A stretch of 29,831 nucleotides of DNA from Paramoeba atlantica (Eukaryota; Protista; Discosea): assembly GCA_977017575.1 (NCBI GenBank), contig CDRNVI010000097.1:1-29831 (forward strand). Reading direction: 5' to 3'. The stretch's first letter is position 1, and every line of letters starts with the position of its first letter. The position numbers and the translations under genes were made by a program. Shown here one piece after another: positions 1 to 7,397 of this stretch. The notes beneath the pieces are model-generated. The model did no database searches and had not been told where the DNA came from. It saw nothing but the letters and a program-made list of their open reading frames with translations.

Positions 1-280
1 CACCCGTGAGGGTGTTCATGCATATATTGGATTTGCACAAATTTTCCACGATTGCTGGCCTGATTATAGGTGTCGTTGAGATCTTTGTAGGAGGCATTGA
101 CCGGGATTGCGGATGACCGAGAAGATTGGTTGATATATTGTGTGATGTGTTAGGATGGGTGCAGATTTAAATTGCGGTGCCGCAGATTTTCAGACGTTAA
201 TGAACATGCCATCCTGCCTATTTATCGGTGGAGTCCGATTTTGCGAGTCAGACTGCCTGGTGACAGAGTTATTGTAGCGC

Positions 281-388
281 AAATAAGCCCCAGTTCCCTT
301 CTCGGGAACCGGGGCCTTCAAGCGAACTTAGAGTTCGAAGCTTCTCATACCAACAAGGTACAGAAACTGTATCTTTATCGTTAAAGTT
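281..388 (-). ncRNA. SL RNA: Spliced leader (mini-exon donor) RNA gene, unit 1. Exon 388-351 (38 nt); 3' end uncertain
   Basis: Minus strand reads AACTTTAACGATAAAGATACAGTTTCTGTACCTTGTTG|GTATGAGAAGCTT. It has the AAC start, the ACAGTTTCTGTAC core, the TTG|GTATG donor and a trypanosome-like GTATGAGAAGCT intron start. Both alternative stem-loop I folds can form, followed by hairpins CGAACT/AGTTCG and a 14-bp GC stem. Confidence 0.93.
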
Positions 389-481
389 AACAAGGGGCTT
401 TACCAACCACCAGAGCTCATTGTTCGCTTTTGTCAAACTGATGAACTTGTTGTTCCACGAGTCTTAGCCCAAAATGCAACC

Positions 482-687
482 TGGAAACTTGTCTAGTGGC
501 AGGGCGTGCTTTTCTGAGACTGACGAACCCAAACTCCTGGTTCGATTCCCGCCCCGTCAATTTTCGCAACACGTGGCAAACTGTAGCCATGTGCTGAATG
601 TCAAAACACTTGCACGGAGGTTCGATCCTCAGCCCGTGTGACCTTTTCGAATGATAAAAACCCCGGAAGCCACTGCGCTAGCGTAAA
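482..687. promoter_or_regulatory. tRNA-like box A/box B cassette between SL and 5S, unit 1
   Basis: Plus strand: box A TTGTCTAGTGG 489-499, box B GGTTCGATTCC 539-549, second box B GGTTCGATCC 619-628 (quasi-palindromic). Minus strand: box A TAGCGCAGTGG 680-670. Confidence 0.65.
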
Positions 688-779
688 CATGGTGAGTAGC
701 GCCTCTGTGGGACACTCAGGATGAGGCAGATTGTCGTGGAAAATATTTCTTTCATAGTGGGGATTTCACAAGTTACGCC

Positions 780-898
780 GGGTACGACCATACTACGGTG
801 AAAACACCACATCCCGTTCGCTTTGTGAAGTTAAGCACCGTCAGGCTCAGTTAGTACTGAGGTGAGCGATCGCTCGGGAACCCTGAGTGTTGTACTCT
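780..898 (+). rRNA. 5S rRNA: 5S rRNA gene, unit 1
   Basis: GGGTACGACCATAC...GAAGTTAAGC...TTAGTACT...GGGAAC...GTGTTGTACTC followed by a T5 Pol III terminator (898-902). Helix I GGGTACGAC/GTTGTACTC, helix II ACGGTG/CACCGT, GCTCAG/CTGAGT and a GCGA tetraloop all fold as in eukaryotic 5S. Confidence 0.98.
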
Positions 899-1506
899 TT
901 TTAAATGCAAGAGGAATCAGGTGGTGAGGTTTCGACGACCTTTCACGACGTTTCACGAGATTTTCTTCAATGTCGTCTTTGCCTCTCTCACCTCAAGGGC
1001 CTAGTTGCGTTTCGAATCGGCATTGAGTCCTCGGGACGCTGTGATTTTTACGTACGGCTTTATAATACAGGGCGCATAGATGCCTTTGTATGTATGAATG
1101 TATGTAAAACAGGCGGTTACCCTTGTTCAATGATGTCGCCTCCCCTGAGAAAGCAGGGAAACTTGGAGGAAAGTGCCTGGTCGCTGAACGGTCGATACTC
1201 TGTGGAGTATCGATATGGCATAGGTGCCTTTACATCCCCATACTCCCCGTCAGGAAGTGCGGTGCCACGCTACTGGAGCAGGTGGTGGGATGGATGTAAC
1301 GTCTGCAAACCAAGGAAGCGGAATCCTCTGGCATCGAGAGGTGTCACCTTGCTGCTGCGGTGTATCGAACAGATAGCCTAACACACGTAAGCTCCCATCT
1401 AAGGAAGATTTCCGTTTACTGATCGACCCACAACGCATTCGGAGGTTTTCCCCCGCAGACAAAGGTGTGGTCAGAAGCGTTCCGCGTATTCGAAGCCGGG
1501 GCACCC

Positions 1507-1718
1507 GCACCCTTATATCTGTCATAGAAACTCGCACCCTTATCTGTCATAATGCACCCTTATCTGTCATACTGCACCCTTATCTGTCATACTGCACCCT
1601 TATCTGTCATACTGCACCCTTATCTGTCATAATGCACCCTTATCTGTCATACTGCACCCTTATCTGTCATATAAGCCCGCACCCTTATCTGTCATACTGC
1701 ACCCTTATCTGTCATAAT
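1507..1718. repeat. 20-bp minisatellite GCACCCTTATCTGTCATA(C/A)T x10, unit 1
   Basis: Ten copies counted directly; first copy has an AT insertion, copies 1 and 8 have longer linkers. Confidence 0.97.
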
Positions 1719-2036
1719 ACATTTTTTGTTAATTTTCTGTGAATGACGGTGGAAGGTAGAGTCAGCACACGCATCGACTCAACTCATCGGTCGCATATCG
1801 CATTGTTATATCTCTGTCATTCTTTTTCGCGTCTACAGCTCCGGTTTTTTCTCTCTTTATGATATCTAGACCTTGTCGTATCTGGGATTTCCGTGGTTTG
1901 TCTCGGTGTCGCCCAATACAACTGAGCATCACCTAGGGCTTCGCAAATTGCTTCCCACGAACTCAGCGTCACACTTTGACGTGACTCAATGGCCCGGCCG
2001 GCCCCTCCGTGCGTTCGGCCTCTCATTTCCCCCAAA

Positions 2037-2115
2037 ACAACTACCACCTTCCCCACATTTATCAGGGGTCGCTTGCGCGACCCCCCGCTAAATAGGGGGG
2101 GAAGGTGGTAGTTGT
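2037..2115. repeat. ~78-bp inverted repeat (long hairpin), unit 1
   Basis: ACAACTACCACCTTCCCC..ATTTA / TAAAT..GGGGAAGGTGGTAGTTGT enclosing GGGGTCGC-TTGC-GCGACCCC. Confidence 0.92.
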
Positions 2116-2191
2116 GGGGTATGGAGGCTTCTCGCAACTCCGGGGCCTCACCGGGACCACAATTGAGGCTACCTATTTTTTACGTTCCGTA

Positions 2192-2196
<5 letters not shown>

Positions 2197-2274
<78 letters not shown>
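2197..2274. repeat. (CT)39 microsatellite, unit 1
   Basis: Direct count. Confidence 0.97.
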
Positions 2275-2277
<3 letters not shown>

Positions 2278-2388
2278 GCACCGGGAAGAGTCTTACTGTT
2301 ACATGCCCGTTGCCGGCCGGCAGTAAGGGCGAAACTGCCCCTCTTTCTTCGGTGAAGCAGGGGACGCGCTTCCCATTACCCCTCCCCG

Positions 2389-2413
2389 GCTCACTCTTTG
2401 AGTGAGCTTTTTT
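2389..2413 (+). terminator. Terminator-like perfect hairpin + T6 (unit 1; present in all full units)
   Basis: GCTCACTC-TTT-GAGTGAGC-TTTTTT; no transcript demonstrated. Confidence 0.35.
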
Positions 2414-2860
2414 CCCTTGAGACTTCCCCTTGAGTACCGCTGTGCGTGACTCTGCCTCGTGTTATCGTTCCAAATGCCCCTTGGTGCGACATCCGTTGTG
2501 GGCGGATCATGTGCCGATGATATCGACCGTCGCATTAAGGGGAATATCTCTGCGCCAATGAGCGTATGATAAACAAGGTCCACCCGTGAGGGTGTTCATG
2601 CATATATTGGATTTGCACAAATTTTCCACGATTGCTGGCCTGATTATAGGTGTCGTTGAGATCTTTGTAGGAGGCATTGACCGGGATTGCGGATGACCGA
2701 GAAGATTGGTTGATATATTGTGTGATGTGTTAGGATGGGTGCAGATTTAAATTGCGGTGCCGCAGATTTTCAGACGTTAATGAACATGCCATCCTGCCTA
2801 TTTATCGGTGGAGTCCGATTTTGCGAGTCAGACTGCCTGGTGACAGAGTTATTGTAACGC

Positions 2861-2968
2861 AAATAAGCCCCAGTTCCCTTCTCGGGAACCGGGGCCTTCA
2901 AGCGAACTTAGAGTTCGAAGCTTCTCATACCAACAAGGTACAGAAACTGTATCTTTATCGTTAAAGTT
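2861..2968 (-). ncRNA. SL RNA: SL RNA gene, unit 2
   Basis: Same sequence as unit 1. Confidence 0.93.
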
Positions 2969-3067
2969 AACAAGGGCTTTACCAACCACCAGAGCTCATT
3001 GTTCGCTTTTGTCAAACTGATGAACTTGTTGTTCCACGAGTCTTAGCCCAAAATGCAACCTGGAAAC

Positions 3068-3078
3068 TTGTCTAGTGG
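3068..3078 (+). promoter_or_regulatory. Box A-like element divergent to SL gene (-100..-110), unit 2
   Basis: TTGTCTAGTGG, 1 mismatch to TRGYNNARYGG, inside an intact D-arm GTCT-AGTGGCA-GGGC. Confidence 0.6.
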
Positions 3079-3116
3079 CAGGGCGTGCTTTTCTGAGACT
3101 GACGAACCAAACTCCT

Positions 3117-3127
3117 GGTTCGATTCC
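3117..3127 (+). promoter_or_regulatory. Box B element (-149..-159 from SL start), unit 2
   Basis: GGTTCGATTCC, perfect tRNA box B. Confidence 0.7.
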
Positions 3128-3144
3128 CGCCCCGTCAATTTTCG

Positions 3145-3218
3145 CAACACGTGGCAAACTGTAGCCATGTGCTGAATGTCAAAACACTTGCACGGAGGTT
3201 CGATCCTCAGCCCGTGTG
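3145..3218 (+). pseudogene. Degenerate tRNA-like element 2, unit 2; present in all units
   Basis: TGGC/GCCA D-like stem, GAGG-TTCGAT-CCTC T-like arm, ACACG/CGTGT residual acceptor pairing, TTTT 4 nt downstream. Confidence 0.5.
3197..3206 (-). promoter_or_regulatory. Box B element (-152..-161 from 5S start), readable on both strands, unit 2
   Basis: Plus GGTTCGATCC, minus GGATCGAACC; both fit GWTCRANNC. Confidence 0.6.
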
Positions 3219-3247
3219 ACCTTTTCGAATGATAAAAACCCCGGAAG

Positions 3248-3258
3248 CCACTGCGCTA
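3248..3258 (-). promoter_or_regulatory. Box A element divergent to 5S gene (-100..-110), unit 2
   Basis: Minus strand TAGCGCAGTGG, perfect TRGCNNAGYGG. Confidence 0.65.
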
Positions 3259-3357
3259 GCGTAAACATGGTGAGTAGCGCCTCTGTGGGACACTCAGGAT
3301 GAGGCAGATTGTCGTGGAAAATATTTCTTTCATAGTGGGGATTTCACAAGTTACGCC

Positions 3358-3476
3358 GGGTACGACCATACTACGGTGAAAACACCACATCCCGTTCGCT
3401 TTGTGAAGTTAAGCACCGTCAGGCTCAGTTAGTACTGAGGTGAGCGATCGCTCGGGAACCCTGAGTGTTGTACTCT
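3358..3476 (+). rRNA. 5S rRNA: 5S rRNA gene, unit 2
   Basis: Same sequence as unit 1, T5 follows. Confidence 0.98.
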
Positions 3477-4084
3477 TTTTAAATGCAAGAGGAATCAGGT
3501 GGTGAGGTTTCGACGACCTTTCACGACGTTTCACGAGATTTTCTTCAATGTCGTCTTTGCCTCTCTCACCTCAAGGGCCTAGTTGCGTTTCGAATCGGCA
3601 TTGAGTCCTCGGGACGCTGTGATTTTTACGTACGGCTTTATAATACAGGGCGCATAGATGCCTTTGTATGTATGAATGTATGTAAAACAGGCGGTTACCC
3701 TTGTTCAATGATGTCGCCTCCCCTGAGAAAGCAGGGAAACTTGGAGGAAAGTGCCTGGTCGCTGAACGGTCGATACTCTGTGGAGTATCGATATGGCATA
3801 GGTGCCTTTACATCCCCATACTCCCCGTCAGGAAGTGCGGTGCCACGCTACTGGAGCAGGTGGTGGGATGGATGTAACGTCTGCAAACCAAGGAAGCGGA
3901 ATCCTCTGGCATCGAGAGGTGTCACCTTGCTGCTGCGGTGTATCGAACAGATAGCCTAACACACGTAAGCTCCCATCTAAGGAAGATTTCCGTTTACTGA
4001 TCGACCCACAACGCATTCGGAGGTTTTCCCCCGCAGACAAAGGTGTGGTCAGAAGCGTTCCGCGTATTCGAAGCCGGGGCACCC

Positions 4085-4295
4085 GCACCCTTATATCTGT
4101 CATAGAAACTCGCACCCTTATCTGTCATAATGCACCCTTATCTGTCATACTGCACCCTTATCTGTCATACTGCACCCTTATCTGTCATACTGCACCCTTA
4201 TCTGTCATAATGCACCCTTATCTGTCATACTGCACCCTTATCTGTCATATAAGCCGCACCCTTATCTGTCATACTGCACCCTTATCTGTCATAAT
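4085..4295. repeat. 20-bp minisatellite x10, unit 2
   Basis: Direct inspection. Confidence 0.97.
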
Positions 4296-4613
4296 ACATT
4301 TTTTGTTAATTTTCTGTGAATGACGGTGGAAGGTAGAGTCAGCACACGCATCGACTCAACTCATCGGTCGCATATCGCATTGTTATATCTCTGTCATTCT
4401 TTTTCGCGTCTACAGCTCCGGTTTTTTCTCTCTTTATGATATCTAGACCTTGTCGTATCTGGGATTTCCGTGGTTTGTCTCGGTGTCGCCCAATACAACT
4501 GAGCATCACCTAGGGCTTCGCAAATTGCTTCCCACGAACTCAGCGTCACACTTTGACGTGACTCAATGGCCCGGCCGGCCCCTCCGTGCGTTCGGCCTCT
4601 CATTTCCCCCAAA

Positions 4614-4691
4614 ACAACTACCACCTTCCCCACATTTATCAGGGGTCGCTTGCGCGACCCCCGCTAAATAGGGGGGGAAGGTGGTAGTTGT
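4614..4691. repeat. Inverted repeat, unit 2
   Basis: As unit 1. Confidence 0.92.
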
Positions 4692-4767
4692 GGGGTATGG
4701 AGGCTTCTCGCAACTCCGGGGCCTCACCGGGACCACAATTGAGGCTACCTATTTTTTACGTTCCGTA

Positions 4768-4772
<5 letters not shown>

Positions 4773-4832
<60 letters not shown>
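4773..4832. repeat. (CT)30, unit 2
   Basis: Direct count. Confidence 0.97.
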
Positions 4833-4835
<3 letters not shown>

Positions 4836-5418
4836 GCACCGGGAAGAGTCTTACTGTTACATGCCCGTTGCCGGCCGGCAGTAAGGGCGAAACTGCCCCT
4901 CTTTCTTCGGTGAAGCAGGGGACGCGCTTCCCATTACCCCTCCCCGGCTCACTCTTTGAGTGAGCTTTTTTCCCTTGAGACTTCCCCTTGAGTACCGCTG
5001 TGCGTGACTCTGCCTCGTGTTATCGTTCCAAATGCCCCTTGGTGCGACATCCGTTGTGGGCGGATCATGTGCCGATGATATCGACCGTCGCATTAAGGGG
5101 AATATCTCTGCGCCAATGAGCGTATGATAAACAAGGTCCACCCGTGAGGGTGTTCATGCATATATTGGATTTGCACAAATTTTCCACGATTGCTGGCCTG
5201 ATTATAGGTGTCGTTGAGATCTTTGTAGGAGGCATTGACCGGGATTGCGGATGACCGAGAAGATTGGTTGATATATTGTGTGATGTGTTAGGATGGGTGC
5301 AGATTTAAATTGCGGTGCCGCAGATTTTCAGACGTTAATGAACATGCCATCCTGCCTATTTATCGGTGGAGTCCGATTTTGCGAGTCAGACTGCCTGGTG
5401 ACAGAGTTATTGTAACGC

Positions 5419-5526
5419 AAATAAGCCCCAGTTCCCTTCTCGGGAACCGGGGCCTTCAAGCGAACTTAGAGTTCGAAGCTTCTCATACCAACAAGGTACA
5501 GAAACTGTATCTTTATCGTTAAAGTT
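5419..5526 (-). ncRNA. SL RNA: SL RNA gene, unit 3
   Basis: Same sequence as unit 1. Confidence 0.93.
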
Positions 5527-5618
5527 AACAAGGGCTTTACCAACCACCAGAGCTCATTGTTCGCTTTTGTCAAACTGATGAACTTGTTGTTCCACGAGTC
5601 TTAGCCCAAAATGCAACC

Positions 5619-5823
5619 TGGAAACTTGTCTAGTGGCAGGGCGTGCTTTTCTGAGACTGACGAACCAAACTCCTGGTTCGATTCCCGCCCCGTCAATTTT
5701 CGCAACACGTGGCAAACTGTAGCCATGTGCTGAATGTCAAAACACTTGCACGGAGGTTCGATCCTCAGCCCGTGTGACCTTTTCGAATGATAAAAACCCC
5801 GGAAGCCACTGCGCTAGCGTAAA
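5619..5823. promoter_or_regulatory. Box A/B cassette, unit 3
   Basis: Same as unit 2. Confidence 0.6.
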
Positions 5824-5915
5824 CATGGTGAGTAGCGCCTCTGTGGGACACTCAGGATGAGGCAGATTGTCGTGGAAAATATTTCTTTCATAGTGGGGAT
5901 TTCACAAGTTACGCC

Positions 5916-6034
5916 GGGTACGACCATACTACGGTGAAAACACCACATCCCGTTCGCTTTGTGAAGTTAAGCACCGTCAGGCTCAGTTAGTACTGAGGTG
6001 AGCGATCGCTCGGGAACCCTGAGTGTTGTACTCT
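5916..6034 (+). rRNA. 5S rRNA: 5S rRNA gene, unit 3
   Basis: Same sequence as unit 1. Confidence 0.98.
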
Positions 6035-6640
6035 TTTTAAATGCAAGAGGAATCAGGTGGTGAGGTTTCGACGACCTTTCACGACGTTTCACGAGATTTT
6101 CTTCAATGTCGTCTTTTGCCTCTCTCACCTCAAGGGCCTAGTTGCGTTTCGAATCGGCATTGAGTCCTCGGGACGCTGTGATTTTTACGTACGGCTTTAT
6201 AATACAGGGCGCATAGATGCCTTTGTATGTATGAATGTATGTAAACAGGCGGTTACCCTTGTTCAATGATGTCGCTCCCCTGAGAAAGCAGGGAAACTTG
6301 GAGGAAAGTGCCTGGTCGCTGAACGGTCGATACTCTGTGGAGTATCGATATGGCATAGGTGCCTTTACATCCCCATACTCCCCGTCAGGAGTGCGGTGCC
6401 ACGCTACTGGAGCAGGTGGTGGGATGGATGTAACGTCTGCAAACCAAGGAAGCGGAATCCTCTGGCATCGAGAGGTGTCACCTTGCTGCTGCGGTGTATC
6501 GAACAGATAGCCTAACACACGTAAGCTCCCATCTAAGGAAGATTTCCGTTTACTGATCGACCCACAACGCATTCGGAGGTTTTCCCCCGCAGACAAAGGT
6601 GTGGTCAGAAGCGTTCCGCGTATTCGAAGCCGGGGCACCC

Positions 6641-6851
6641 GCACCCTTATATCTGTCATAGAAACTCGCACCCTTATCTGTCATAATGCACCCTTATCTG
6701 TCATACTGCACCCTTATCTGTCATACTGCACCCTTATCTGTCATACTGCACCCTTATCTGTCATAATGCACCCTTATCTGTCATACTGCACCCTTATCTG
6801 TCATATAAGCCGCACCCTTATCTGTCATACTGCACCCTTATCTGTCATAAT
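6641..6851. repeat. 20-bp minisatellite x10, unit 3
   Basis: Direct inspection. Confidence 0.97.
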
Positions 6852-7170
6852 ACATTTTTGTTAATTTTCTGTGAATGACGGTGGAAGGTAGAGTCAGCAC
6901 ACGCATCGACTCAACTCATCGGTCGCATATCGCATTGTTATATCTCTGTCATTCTTTTTCGCGTCTACAGCTCCGGTTTTTTCTCTCTTTATGATATCTA
7001 GACCTTGTCGTATCTGGGATTTCCGTGGTTTGTCTCGGTGTCGCCCCAATACAACTGAGCATCACCTAGGGCTTTCGCAAATTGCTTCCACGAACTCAGC
7101 GTCACACTTTGACGTGACTCAATGGCCCCGGCCGGCCCCTCCGTGCGTTCGGCCTCTCATTTCCCCCAAA

Positions 7171-7247
7171 ACAACTACCACCTTCCCCCATTTATCAGGG
7201 GTCGCTTGCGCGACCCCCGCTAAATAGGGGGGGAAGGTGGTAGTTGT
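7171..7247. repeat. Inverted repeat, unit 3
   Basis: As unit 1. Confidence 0.92.
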
Positions 7248-7323
7248 GGGGTATGGAGGCTTCTCGCAACTCCGGGGCCTCACCGGGACCACAATTGAGG
7301 CTACCTATTTTTTACGTTCCGTA

Positions 7324-7328
<5 letters not shown>

Positions 7329-7394
<66 letters not shown>
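7329..7394. repeat. (CT)33, unit 3
   Basis: Direct count. Confidence 0.97.

Positions 7395-7397
<3 letters not shown>

Larger units (their letters stand above)
3061..3137 (+). pseudogene. Degenerate tRNA-like element 1 (non-functional as tRNA), unit 2; present in all units
   Basis: D-arm and box B retained; acceptor and anticodon stems do not pair; internal TTTT. Confidence 0.55.

Noticed and set aside
389-460. Trypanosomatid Pol II SL promoter (-60 GAC-type element)
   Set aside because: The only TGAC is at about -45 and nothing matches convincingly at -60; these elements are too poorly conserved to call or exclude
428-493. Hammerhead ribozyme (CTGATGA ... GAAAC ... GTC)
   Set aside because: Stem II cannot close next to GAAA, and stems I and III cannot form with either GTC
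439-523. C/D snoRNA (TGATGA ... CTGA)
   Set aside because: No proper terminal stem, no guide target identifiable by eye, and it overlaps the SL upstream region and box A
482-640. Functional tRNA genes
   Set aside because: Acceptor and anticodon stems do not pair properly, no canonical 7-nt anticodon loop in a 5-bp stem, and element 1 has an internal T4; kept only as tRNA-like relics
670-679. 10-nt match (minus GCGCAGTGGC) to the 5' end of vertebrate U4
   Set aside because: No further similarity, T5 follows within 10 nt; better explained as box A
1166-1180. RNase P/MRP CR-I-like GAGGAAAGTGCCTGG
   Set aside because: No complementary CR-V strand to form P4 within a plausible distance
1214-1242. 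U5 snRNA-like loop GCCTTTAC in a stem
   Set aside because: One U short of GCCUUUUAC, no Sm site, no nearby terminator or promoter geometry
1507-1718. CRISPR-like appearance of the 20-bp repeats
   Set aside because: No unique spacers, no cas genes, eukaryotic context; it is a minisatellite
1811-1817. U6-like ACAGAGA on the minus strand (also ACAGAG near 1203)
   Set aside because: Lacks the following AGAUUAGC and the U6 stem context
2292-2365. HDV-like ribozyme (7-bp P1 CTTACTG/CAGTAAG, CCG/CGG P3 with 8-nt loop, GG then GGGC/GCCC)
   Set aside because: P1 does not start with G, P1.1 cannot pair, P2 has only 3 bp, and the catalytic C position is T
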